A stretch of 63,392 bases of DNA, filler included. It is 7 parts of 7 records of this genome, joined end to end, with 100 filler letters (N's around TTAATTAATTAA, not from the genome) between each part and the next. Parts side by side here need not be neighbours in the genome. Positions count along the whole stretch, not along the records: positions 22,889 to 35,545 come from SRR2962707_4018; positions 35,646 to 47,091 come from SRR2962707_4035; 5 more parts are not named here. One strand, given 5' to 3'. Below, piece after piece: positions 22,937 to 35,800 of the stretch (position 1 is the stretch's first letter; every line of letters begins with the position of its first letter). The notes under the pieces are model-generated. The model saw only the letters and a list, made by a program, of their open reading frames with translations, was not told where the DNA came from and did no database searches. The position numbers and the translations under genes were made by a program.

Positions 22937-25900
22937 GTTTTTCGAAAGCGTTTTGAAGGCGATTTCGCGTACTGGTGGCGACTTGATCAACTTAACGCCA
23001 GACGGACTTACCGTGGTTTGGTCACCCAACCCTGCGGGTACCACATCAAAACTTGACCTGCTTGGGTATGCGACGGTGTGTGCGTTTGAAATTCAAGAGG
23101 CTGCAGGCAAAACTTCTGATGCATCCAGCAAGGCTGGTCCCGCGACAGTGAAGGCGGGCATTGCAGTCGGTCAAGTGTTTCTAGCGCACACAGGCGGCCG
23201 AAATGGTCACAAGCGCCACGTAATAGTTGGAGGCTCTGCCCACCGCACTGCCGCGGATGGGTTAAAGCTGGCCGGTACTGGGGAAATTGCAGTCTGCCCT
23301 GACTCTTTTAAGCTGCTTCAAGATAGCTTTCAGCATCGGGCCATGCGCCAGCGATTCTATGTGTTGCTTCGTAATCGTGATTCGCTTAATCAAGTGGAGC
23401 TGCCGGGCGGTCCCGCATCGCCATTCGCTCTTATGTCCTCCAGTGGAACGGAGGTGGCCGTTTCTTCTGACAAGCTGGAAGAGCTTGAAGTGGAAAGTGA
23501 GCTCGAGGCTTACGTACCGTCCAGGGTATCGCGGAACTTCAGTCTGCTCGAGCGCGGCAAAGATGGCTGGCTTGCAAGCCTTGATCGTGGAGCAGTGCTG
23601 TGTGTTTGCGTCGGAGTAGACATCACACTCCATGAGCGCAATGAAGGTGTGTGTTGGTTGGTGTCATCTTGCTGACCGAAAATATGAGTGACAGTACAGA
23701 CTTCTTTGTTGTACCGGGGATGCACTGAGATTTTCACATTTTTGTGTGGTGGGCTGGTTCAGATAATATGGCGGCAGTCGACACAATGCAATTGCTCATG
23801 GAGGCCATCCAAGAGGTAGTTGCTGCGCACAGCGGTGTCCTTGCCAGTGTCAGCCACACCACAGACAGCAATCCTGATACCCTCACTTTTTTTTGCAGTT
23901 TTGGCCCGGTACGTGTTGAGACAATTGCTATTGCAACCACTGTTGCTGTGCCATCGCAAGCTGCTGTTGGTTGGGACAAAAAACCATTGTCATTTGGTGT
24001 GCTGTGTTGATACATCCTCGCTTGTGCCTTGGGTTACTCCTAGTCGCCAACAACTCGTGAATCGTATATATGCCGTGCGTTGTGGGCAGCCCTTGCTCTG
24101 CAGCCACTTTTTTCTGAGATTGGAGCAACGCGCATGTCTTGCGGACTGAGTGTTGGCCAAGTTCGCCCGCTCGTTCTGTTTGACAACGAGGACCCTTTCG
24201 TTTCTGCAGTTGCTCACTCTGGTTCGTGGTGGTGCTTGTGAACTTTAAAAACTCGCGGAGTCTTGCTGGTTTTTGTGTCGGTCTGCCACGACATGTTCCC
24301 TGTTGTCCCTGTCGCGCACAATTCCCACCAAACGTACTTGATCCCACTTGTAGTGGTTTTCGGAGCAGCTCTTGCAAACGCTGGCGAGTTGGCCACTGCT
24401 TCTTTGGCCAAGGCTGCGAAAGAGTTGACCAGCGCGGTTGTGATGTGTGACAACGACTTCGTCGAGACAATGGCTTCTATTTCCGGCGTGGATGTGGTTT
24501 CGCTCTTGGGGAGATTCTGCAAGGTGTGCTTTCTATGCTATCATATTGGGTTTCGGAGGCTTGACTGGAAGCTCACGCTAGTGTGCAACTGTGCTTGTCA
24601 AAGGTAAACGTTCCTTCAATGCCGGGAGATATCTGGCAGATGCATCTTGAAAAAGCTGACAACGAAGCTACCACTGTGTCAGTTTTTGAGGACATCCTTT
24701 ATCCTCAGGATATCACAGTAAAGCGCATGGGGGAGGGTCGTAGGCCGCTGTATTCGCTTGATCTTCCGACTGTGGAGTCTGAAATTGCAGAGTGGAGCGC
24801 CAGCGCAGACGCGAGAGTGCGCGTGGTTGAGGGTTTTGCAGGGAGCGGAAAGACCACAATTCTGCGGCGCCTCGTACAAAACATTGTGCCAGCGAATTAC
24901 CCAAATGTACAGATATGTGCTGCCGTGCTGGACCCGATCACTGCATCACGCGCGTTTGGTGGCATCGGAAAGGTACGTGCTGACGTTTGAGACAGCCTGT
25001 TTGTTGACAGAACTTTGTGTGTGTGACGTTGTATGTTGCTACTATGTTGGTGGCCAATCCAATCAACACGCTGTGCAACGCTGCTGTCACTACGTGTCTA
25101 GCTTATTGTGAACTACCTTCGTGGCTGGTTGGTTCGAGGGGCGCGTGGCGAGCCGTCAGATAAGAATTTGAAAGCAGAAGCAGAGGCCTTGCTGGCCGGC
25201 CTGCCGGGCGGTTTCAGCGCTGTATTCCCGCTTTTGGCACCAGCACTAGGACTACTTCCATATGCGGACACTCCGGCACTCTGTGATGACATCATCAGTA
25301 ACGATCAACGCGAGGTGCGACATGGGTGCTGGGAGTTCGATTACAAGCGACGTAGCGAAGGATTGGCCATTTCATTCGCTCGAATGGCGTTCGATGGTTG
25401 ATGTGTTGCATGTGTTGCGACAGGTGGTGTGCCGCGCCCTCTGCGTCTTCCTTGTACAACAAATTACCTTGCGCGAAGGTCAATCGCTCCTTGTTGTTGA
25501 CAACGGACTGTTCTTGGACGAGTTCAGTTGGGGGGTATTTGAAGATCTAATTGCAACAAACAATCCTGACTCACTGCTCGAGCGCTGGTCCGTTTGCACG
25601 CGCGCGAGCGGATTGTTTGAAACTGGTTTCATTTTCAATATTTATGTAGTGTTGTCGGTTAGTGCTGTGAGTTCATGCCCGGTGTGTTTTGCGCAACCAT
25701 GTAGGCGTGATATTTACGCAGACAATGTCCCAACCGTTGTAGCAAACGCCGTGCGGGCCTTCAAAGGAGCGGCAGCGATTCCGGTGCTCATTAATGTCTT
25801 TATGCGACCCTTGCACGAGAACATTGACTGTCTTTCGTCGGAGGTGGCTTCGGCGGCAGAGAGTGTGCGGGGCTGCAGCCGTTGTCGTGTGATCCAATTT

Positions 25901-28900
25901 GTGTCCTGGGGTGGGGCCGCTTTGAAACTGGGATCGCTGTCCAAGGAACAGTCGAAAGTGGTGGACTCGGGTGAGTGACCACCTGTCGGCTTTCTAGGTG
26001 ATGTCATTCAGTAGTTCTGTGGGCGTTGGCAGCTTTGTAATTCGATTTGCTTTTCTCCTTATGTATTTTGTGATGATCCTCCAAAAGCACTTCGGCAGCT
26101 TGCAGCCGAGGCACTTGCCACGCCGGTTGTGCGCCGCTCCATTGGTGTCGGCGAAGGCGGCACGGTCGCTGCTGGCCCAATAAAGGTGCGAAGCGCCGTG
26201 GTGAAGTTGTTCAAGGCGCTTAGCCAAGGAACGTTTTTGCTCGCTACAGAAATTGCGTCGCTTTTGAACGCACTCGGCGACGCAGCGATCTCAAACGGAG
26301 CCAAAGGCAACGAGGTTCACCTTGCAAAGGGATTCAATGCAGTGCGAATGTTGCAGGCGCGTTGTCCAGGAAGCCCACAAGCTGCTAACTGAGTGTTGTC
26401 GAACTTATTATTGACACTAATTTTCCGGCGTTTTGCTGATGCGACCGTCTAGGTCAGTCCGCGAATTCGTGACTTCTTCAGCTGGCAACTGTGCCGGTTT
26501 CCGCTGAATGCCCAACTCGTGCTTAAGACCCTTGCAGTTGCGGGCTCGAGGGATAATGTGACGCCAGTGATCCTGTGGCGTAGTTTTCCTTTTGACACTG
26601 AAAGTGCGTTTTGCATATGGTCAAATTGTGAGCTGGCTTTCGCCTTTACTCCTCTGATTAAAATCCAAATGTTCACCTTAAATGTGTTCGTGCGCAGGGA
26701 CTCTGGTCTTCAACATCTGCGAGAAACTTCGAGTTGAAGGAATTGTGTCATTTGAACCACCAGATATCTATGGCGACGGCGAAATATGGTTCTGTTCGCC
26801 ATTCGTTTTCAAAATGGTCCGTGCACAAGTTACTGCACAGCAGTCGGTGGCCTTGCAAACGGCGCTTGCAGCCGCTACTCCTGAGGAAGACACCGACGAT
26901 GAGGCGGATGAGGAAGTCGGCGTAGAGTCTCAGTACGAAAGCAGTGCCGATGGCATTTTGCAAGGTCCAAACGCCACAAATAAAAAGCTAATGTTGGAGT
27001 GTGCTGAGAAGTGCAAGAATGATAAAGCGACGCAAGCACTGTTTGACGGGGCTGTTGCGAAGGCACGTCAAAGATTGCGCTCAATGTCATCGCCTTCACC
27101 CCGGGCGCGACGCCGTTCCTCTATTGGGATTATGTTTGAGCAAACATCCCTGGGCGCTGATGACGATGATTCAGCCTGGGCAGCTGCACAGCAACTCGAA
27201 GAGCGATTCCAGGCCCGTGGCGAGGACGGGGGAGGCCGTGATGGCCGCTCAATCATGTTTTTGTCACCGGAGGAAACTGCAGAACGGGTGACAGCTGGTG
27301 ATAAATTTGCGCCCAAGACGCTTCTGGATATGCTTGCTTTGTACGTCATTTTGAATGTTGCAAGTTGGCTTGCTCTGAAAATTCGCAAATTTTGATGTGG
27401 GGATGAGATTCAGTGTTGTCGGGCTTGTTGTTTGAATTGGCGTGGCGATGGTGGCACCCTTGCAGGTACGTTCCCTGGCAGCTGGTCCTCTACCTGGCGA
27501 AAAACCGTCCAAACATTTTGAGCGACGATCCGTTTTCATCACCATCTGGTTTTGGCAAAGGGTCAGGTGATGGCACGGCGGATGGCATCGATGAACGCAG
27601 TGGTGAATACGATGCGGATCCAGACAACGATCAGCACTTACCGATCAGCATTGCGCTTGAAACTGCATGCTTGGTTGTGCACATGAAGCATCGTGTGACT
27701 CTGTCGGCAAGTGATTACTCTCGCAGATCTTCGCGGATGATTGTGGCTGGCGCCGGTGCCGAAGGTGCCTTTTCAGACGCAGATGACGGAGATGCCGCTG
27801 TCGCACGCGCCAGACTGCAAGCCGAAGCAATGGATGTCACTTTTTCTGTCGTAGCAGGAATCGCACGTGAGTTCAACGGAGTTGTAATTGAACATACGTC
27901 GTCGTCTGTGGCGATAGTTTGGCCCGACGAGCCCACGTCAGTGCTTCGGCACAAGGTGCGCGCTGCGACGCTTTGTGCATTGAAAATTTCTGCGGCAATG
28001 CCGCGGATTCAAGCGGAGCAGGAACTCAGCACACGAGGCGTTCTCCTCGAGGAGCTCCGGTGTGGGGTTGGCGATGGAACCGTAACGTTGTTGGTCGCTG
28101 GCGGATGTCTTGGGCGTCTGTATTGCATTCCCACCGGCCCAGGCTTCCGTCTTGCACATGATGCCGTGCAAGTCCTTCAGGTGAGACATGTTCTTGCTTG
28201 CGCGCATCAAGGGCTCTCGCTTATGTTGGATTTCAAAGTTGTATTGATATGTGGGCGTTTTCATCTGACATCGACTTTACCCCATGCTTTGATGCAGACG
28301 CAGAAGATGAACGGCGCAGTGTGCCTATCAGGCGGTTGTTGTGCCCAAATCGCCCCGAGTGGCGACATTCCTCCAACGCATTGGTGTCAACTTGGGCAGG
28401 CGATTGGGCGGGGTAAATTTCAAATTGCCACAGGCGGTCCTGGCGCCCTGGACGCCAGCAACATGGTGCGTGGCAGCCTCGTGCCTGCATTTTTGTCGTA
28501 CCCTGACTCGAATGTTTTGGCTAACGCTGCATTGGCACTGCCATCTTATGTGAAGGAGGAGTTCCAGCATGCTCGAACAATTCCTGCTGAATGGTATGAA
28601 GATGCTGGCTTGGAGCAAGATGAGGCTGAAGAAGATCTTGAGTCCGTTCGAGAAGGCGCCGCGCATTGCTTTACCGTTGATTCCGTTGGCAAATATATTT
28701 GAGCACGATATTTTGGTAACTTTGGTGCTTTGAATGTGTCGGCTTGCAGGTACAGCCTAGGGAGGTTCTTGCCTGGTCCGGTCATCAACCACATGTCACA
28801 CGAATTTCCCGACTTGGAGTTGTGGTCAAATGAGCTCCGCACCGTGTCGTGTGCTGCGATTCTTGTGGAGGTCACTTCGGATGATCTGCGGTGCCCGATG

Positions 28901-31900
28901 TTGCAATCACGAGTCACCTCGGGCAATAGTCAGGACGAACGCCTTCGGACTGCGGTTCATCTCATCACTCAGCGAATTCAGTCAGTTGTAGTTGCTATTT
29001 TTATTGTGTCGCCAATGCCAGACGTTTCGACGAAACACCGCAACTTGAATGTTCATTTTCTTGTTCATCGATGATTGCAGGTACGAAGCGTACAAATATG
29101 AAGGTACTGTAATTTCTGTGGACGTTCAGACACCAAACAAGGCAATGCGCGATGGCAAACCAGTTGTTGCTGTTGTGCGGGCAGCTCTTGGGTACGGACT
29201 TCCCCCTCTAGTAAGTGTTGGCTCGAGTGTTTGCAATGGTTGGTTTTGGAACGCCAATTCATTTCATTTGGATGGCACTGTTGACGGTTGCTGGAATGTT
29301 GTTGTAGGCACATGAGGACGATTGTGCTCGAGCAATGTTAGCTGCCCTTGCAGTTCGCGCAGAGCTGCTTGGCAACGCCTCACGGACCCAGTTCTCTGCA
29401 GTGGCGTGCGGCGTGGCTTCTGGTTATGTGTTCGCAGGCGCACTGGGCTGCCAGTCTGCAAGCAGTTCTGGACGTGCTGGTGATAGTGCTGCTGGTGGTT
29501 TCAAGAGTGCGACTCGGCGGTGCGTGGGCTCGTTGGCAAGTTGCATTGAGGTGTGCGACCATGGGTCTGTTTATTAGCGTGTCTTTTTTTCATGGCACGT
29601 CGGTTTTAACGTATCAGCTACGCCGTCGTTGGCGCAACCGTGGAACTGGCGTTAGAGATATCCTCACAAATTCTTGCGGGAAAGCTCAAGTGTGCGTCTT
29701 GGACGGCAGTGGATGGCGCCACTGCCTCTTCTGTTCGCGGAATGCTTGCGTGCAGCGGACGGGTGAGTGATAACCCTTGGAAGGAATGCCGCTGTTGTTG
29801 CGCTTTGTTCACTGTCGGCGCACGGTCGCTTTACCATGCCACCATATGCTCGCACTGCAGACCGATGGAGGCCCAATCAATAACACGTCGATTTTCACAG
29901 TTGACCCACCAATTGTGCGCCGCGTGGAAGCAGCAGCAAACGTGGATGGCAAGGCAACACAGCCGATCGAGTTCAACTCTGCCGTCCACTTGCATCCGTC
30001 TGAGGCAACGTACAGCGCGCAGATCCGTCGTTTGTGGGCGTGCGTTTGCGCTGTGCAGCTGAGGACTTTATTTTGTTTTCGCTTCACAATGGAGTGAACA
30101 CCTGACCAAATTTTGTGGAACATGCCATTTGCCTAGATACAAGCGCCACCTCATGCAACCTGAAATGTCACCAGCTTTGCGCAACAGCGATATTGCTACG
30201 CAGCTGGCCAATATCTTTCGTATGTCGCTCAATCAGCGCGGCGGTCGAGGACGAGGCAGCCCGACGCACAGCAGCCCAGCTCGAAGTCCCAACAGTGGCA
30301 GTGGCAACCCTGGTATAGTTTTTCTGAGAATGTCTTTCACCTTCCATGTTGTCGTGTTGGGAAAGCCGCGTCTAACTTTGTTTTGTTCCTTTCGTGTTGA
30401 TACGCACCGAAGATGAGGCCCAGGCTCCAGTGGTGGTTATTTTACAGGGCGATGCAGGATCTGGAAAAACCAGCTTAATATCTCATTGCCTGGCCACCAC
30501 TCGCATGTACGCAACATTGTTTGCGTTGTTGTGCTGAAACGACCACAATAATATTCCGACTTGCAGCGGCCAGCTTATTCTGTATGCCAATGCACGATGT
30601 TAGGCGAAGGTCGCAGTTTGTGGCAGCTTTCGCCCCAGCATTCCAACGGCGCAAGCGGTTCTCTACGATAGGTAACTTGATTCGTCAGTACCTCAGTGAC
30701 CAGGCGGAACTGTTCCATCAAGCTCAGCAAGCAATGTTGAAAAGTTCGGGAGGCGCGACAGGTGGAGATATCTCAGCGAATGATATTGATGAGCCAGACA
30801 TTCAAAACGTCGTTTCACAAATAGTTTCGGCGGAGGCCCCAGACCTGCTCCCGTATATTTCATTGTTGAACGGAGTGTTGCTGATGAAGTTTCCAACGAC
30901 AGAAGACGTCAACATCATACTTGACTCGGATAGGTTCGCCGCGTTTGAAACGTAGATTCTTTACTGCGATTCGTGACTGAATTTCCTGAGCGGTTTCTTG
31001 CTGACTAGTGCATCTGTTGTGTCTGTTGTGGTATTTTGACGCAGGGATTACGAGGATGACTTTGGTACCACAGGAACTATTCATTTGTTGCTCCTTGCTA
31101 TCATGTGGTATATTTGTGACCAAAAGCAGCGCCGACTACTCATTCTAGACGATGCGTATTTTACTGATGAGTACTCATGGGCAGTCATCGAAGATCTCGT
31201 AAGTGTGGTCCTGTGAACAATGGCTTTGATGCGAGGTCCACACTTGGTGACTTAACGGGGCAATTGCTATTGCTTGCTGGTGGCCAGGCGACGGCTGGGA
31301 ATTATTTCAACGACACGTATTTAAGTGACGCCGACACTGCATCCATGCGTCTTCCCTACGCTGTGTGCGCGTACGTTTCCCCTCTATGGTTGTAATGCTG
31401 GATATTTTGTTTCACGAGCCGAGCTTGACCAATGATTTTGGCGGCATCGCGTGCAAATATTTTCTGACTTGCAGATACATGGACCAAAATGCTGGCGTCC
31501 GGGGGCGAAAGCTGGCATTGTGCATTAGCCTTCGTTCGCTGCACACGCATGGCAGTATTGCAATGCGAGAAATCGCACCTGCCTATCATCATCTTGAAGC
31601 CCTTCCGGCAACTCAGATTATCAGCATTGAGCCCATGGATGTTTCTGGGGTGGTGCGTTTTTTGACTCGAAAACCACATTGATTCATTTTTTATTCGGAA
31701 TACAGTGGTCATCGTTCAAACAATCGGCTCTTCTGTTTCCCACATGGTCTGTAATTTCAGGCTGCGTTTATCCAGACGAGCTATGGACCTGAGCCAGCCA
31801 TCGCCGTCAGCGATGCTCTTGGCAAACTGATGCATTCGCTCTCAAACGGAAACCCACTCTATGTAAAGTTGGCGATGGACGTGTTGCAGGCATGTTCGGA

Positions 31901-32631
31901 GGATTCCTCAATGAATTGGGTTTTGCTGACACGCTTGGGAACTTTTCAGTCAATCTGTGTTGCTAACTGCACATGCTTGTGCTGCGCAAAATGTCCATGT
32001 AGACGGAAACGCCGTTCTTTCGCAAAACCCCAGATGGTCTTGGTGTGTCGCTTGATATCGCCAAGGAATGTTCGGAGGCGAGCATTCCGCTACCAAATCA
32101 AATTGAAGAAAATATTGAGGCATCCATTGATGTTTTGTCGGTGCGGGAAATCGTCATTCTCAAGATCCTTGCCGCTCTCTCTGCAGGGGCCACTGTGTCG
32201 CAAATTTCGGTCCGCTAGTCATGTCTTTTCGTGAAAGTTCGAGACGTGTGTTTTTTTCTCCGTCACGCATCCATTCGGCTTTGTTGGTTGGTAGGCGATC
32301 CTTGCTCGAGTTTTAAATGCTCCAGTAGATCCGCGCGATCTTGATCAAATGCTCAACACACTTTCCTCTTGTGGACTTGTTTATGAGCCAGTTGTTGGCA
32401 CTTGGAAGTTTACGAGCATTTTCGTGGTACGTGTTTGTGTGCTCGACAAGGCTGCGGTCGCCAGTGTTGTGACTTGTCGGAATTGTCCTCCGTTCGTTGA
32501 CTGGTTCTTGTCTTTGTGTGCAGGCCAAAACAGTGACCAAACGGACACTTCCTGCGCATCTGGCTGTTCTCAAGCGTCTGAGCGCGGCATCAATGGCGGC
32601 GGGCGCTGCTGCCAAAATGCACAATGAGTGA
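22937..32631 (+). CDS. Multi-exon, 5'-truncated gene: soluble adenylyl cyclase (ADCY10)-like [cyclase-cyclase-STAND NTPase] module present twice in tandem
   Basis: Module 1: GGDLINLTPDGLTVVW, VKAGIAVG, LEAYVP..WLASL, Walker A GFAGSGKT (about 24832), Walker B LLVVDN..LDEFSW. Module 2: LALYVP, LRCGVGDG, WSNELRTV, GLPPLAHEDDCARA, CGVASGYVFAGALG, Walker A GDAGSGKT (about 30448), LILDDAYFTDEYSW, GNPLY. Stop at 32629-32631. Confidence 0.8.
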
Positions 32632-32800
32632 GCCGTGCAAACAACTACTGCGATGTGGGCGGCGGCGTGGCCAAACATTAGATTGACCAAAGGCAAGCGG
32701 CGAGCAAAAATAATTTATGTTATTAGCACCAAGGAATCGAATGCAAACATCAGCAACCCTGCGCGCGTGGCAAGCGTAATCAAAACCAATGCGCTGCATG

Positions 32801-35489
32801 CTATTTGTCTAAATGCCCAAAAACACTGATGATGTTTGCACGCAAATTCGCAATTTTGGCGCTTTTGGACTCGGCGCGTGCTTCGTCGAGGGCCGTGCCT
32901 TTCTTGTTCTTGATCCGAGGGTCGGCGCCGGATTCAAGCAATAATTTTACGGTCTCCATGTGACCTTTCCGGCATGCAAGATGCAGCGGCGTGGTTTTGC
33001 TGCCAGTGTGATGGAGCACAAAAAATGTCAGGAAGAGGCGCCACATGCAAAAATTGGACCACAAAAGCATCGGCCGTAAGAAGATGGCGTGGTCTCTGAC
33101 AGAGTTGACAACTTGAGAACAACTCACCGGTTGTTCATTGCGTTGAGGTCCGCTTTCAGCTCGACGAGAACCTTCAGTGACTCGAGCTTGCCAGCTTTGG
33201 CTACCATGTGCACGATTGTGCAGCCACGTTCTTCTGTGTTGTGCCAGTCAATAAACGCCCCTTTGCTCACCCAGTTCCGAATATTTTCCGGATCGAAATC
33301 GTTTCCCCACATGAGTTTCGACTTGTCCAATGCGTTGGAGCCGAAGGACATTTTTGTTGTGATTGCCTAAAAGGACCGCCACAGGCACACAAGACGAGGA
33401 ACAATGATGCACGGCAACAGACTCGCGATCGCCAAGGACCGTTTCAGGCACGTTAACTGCCGCCGGCATTCAACGCACCCGCCGCAATTTGCTGGTCGGC
33501 GACTCCGCGACATTTTTGGATGTGGTGCGCGACAGACCGTTCTTTTTTGCTTGCTGCAGTCGCATGTAAAAATCTTTGCGAACGCTTGATGGGGCGCCTT
33601 GTAGAAGCTCATGACTCACTGAATCGATATCGAACAACATCTTGCCTGTGACCGCCTTTGTCGCAAAGTCCTTGCGGAAACTGTCACATCCCCACTCTCG
33701 CAACAGCCGAATGACCTACCGACACGAGCACACAAGCTTGTCGGATGAGGTTGCTTGCCCACTGCAAGCATCGCCACCAACACCGCAGCAAGAGGCTTCT
33801 AAAAGCTTGTAGACTGACCTGCACAGCATCCAGATCAATGAGCTGCAACATCGCATCGGTGTTCGCTGAGCTTTTAGACCCTGACATGGCAGACGCAAGA
33901 TTTGCGATGGACATGGAGACTTTAACGTTGTCAGCGTTGCCGTGATCGCTGTCGTCTTCATCCTCGTCATCTTCGCTTGAGCGTGCGCTTAAGCTACGTT
34001 TAGGACTTTTCTTTCTTCTGCCACTGGGACTGAATCCCGTCTCGGTCGGTTCCCTCGTGACACCTGGTGATCCGGTCAGCGATGGAAGGCCTTCCGCAGT
34101 CTGTGTACCCGCACGGTTAAGACTTTTTGCATTCTCATTGCTCTTGCCCTCGTTGTGCTTACCCTCTGCTGCACCTCTGTTCTCTGCTGGAACAGCAGAT
34201 CGGGCCCCAAATTCAGGGTTACTGGTGTCGAGCTGTCTGCTGACACCGTCTGGGTATGACTCGATCACGTTGCCGTTTGCAAGCGTCCGTACCTGCAATT
34301 TAAAGGTGCGAATGACACAAAGTTATGTTCTCTACAGCGACTAACGACATGGATTCTGCATTAACTGTCGCCACATCGAGACCGTCGACCGCTGTGTACC
34401 TTGCGTCCATCCGGGTACACGACAATGGATGATCCGTCTGGATTTTTCTGCTCCTTGGTACCATCCACATCAATCGTAACGACAGTGCCGTTAGGAGACA
34501 CCTGGTGCGACCGACCGTCCGGGTACCTGAGTGAGATGTAAGCGCGGTCACGGAACGGTGACGGCACATATTAAAATGAGAAGCCGCGGCGGAGATCACA
34601 GCATGAGGCATGCACATGCGACGACATGACACCCACAAGGTCAACATTGTCTCGTCCTCGAACACGGTGACTTGTTTTCCATCTGGCCAAAGCGTGACGG
34701 TAGTCTTGGTCTTGGCATCGGTCTCAATGCGCTTGCCATCCGGAAACACGATGATTTGCACTCGAGTTTCAAGGTTTGTCTATTGCAGGTTCAATCATCG
34801 GCCAACATGCAGAGCTAAAGTGATGGCCAACCACACAATCACCAACGGCCAGGCACGCAAACAAAGCGCAAGGCTGCAAGACTGCGAGACGGCAAACAAC
34901 ACAAACGGACTTGAATTTGGGTGTTGTCTGCGAGCTTCTGATTGAGCAAGGTGTCGTGCTCTGCGAGGACGGCCACATCCCCGTTCGGGAAGCGAACCGT
35001 CACCTCATTGGTGCTGGAGATTTGCTCAATACTTCCATCTGCCCTGACTCGCTCAATGCTGCCATCAATGCGCCGAATGGTGGTCCCATCTGAATACTCC
35101 TCCATGGACTTGCTGCGGTCCCTGGACACATGCACCGTGCCGACCTCGCGCTTCTCAACCTCTGCCTCGTCAGTGACCATCCTCTCCAGGATTTTGGAAT
35201 CGCTCATGAGCTTAGTCTGCGCAGCAATGTCAAGCCGCACATTCTGCAGCTTGATCACCAGCCCCCGAACTTTATGCACTTTTTTCATGGTCTCGTCCAC
35301 TGCAACGGCACTGCCAGGGCCATTGGGAGTCGTTGGCGATTCGCCTGCGGAATTCGTGACATCAGACGCTGCTGCTTCTGATGCGACAGGTGCGCCTGAT
35401 GACTTGCCTTCATCGTCACCACCGACTGCGAGTTGATTCGCCAGTTCGCCAAGGGCATTAATGGGCGACGCACTGGCTCCGTTGCCCAT
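32801..35489 (-). CDS. Spliced gene: predicted N-myristoylated protein with PDG/PNG beta-hairpin repeats (TCP10/CPAP-like), SAM-like domain and C-terminal ankyrin repeats
   Basis: MGNGAS start; repeats FPNGD, FPDGK, WPDGK, YPDGR, SPNGT, NPDGS, YPDGV; VIRLLREWGCDSFRKDFATKAVTGKMLF (SAM-like); GCTIVHMVAKAG and TTPLHLACRKGH (ankyrin). Confidence 0.78.
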
Positions 35490-35545
35490 GTTGAAGGAAT
35501 GGAATATAAAAATAAAACAACAACAAAACAACAACAACAACAACA

Positions 35546-35645
35546 NNNNNNNNNNNNNNNNNNNNNNNNNNNNNNNNNNNNNNNNNNNNTTAATTAATTA
35601 ANNNNNNNNNNNNNNNNNNNNNNNNNNNNNNNNNNNNNNNNNNNN
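35546..35645. other. Artificial contig spacer
   Basis: N-run with central TTAATTAATTAA, flanked by (CAA)n and (GCT)n/(GTT)n. Confidence 0.97.
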
Positions 35646-35800
35646 GCTGCTGCTGCTGCTGCTGTTGTTGTTGCTCGTACAGTCCTTTCTGACACCACCC
35701 AGAAACCCAGAAACCCAACAAATTCACAAAAGAAGAGACCTGCCCGGGGAGGAGGGGAGGCCCTCGGGAAGCGTCGTCGTTGTGGCCGTCGACTATCATC

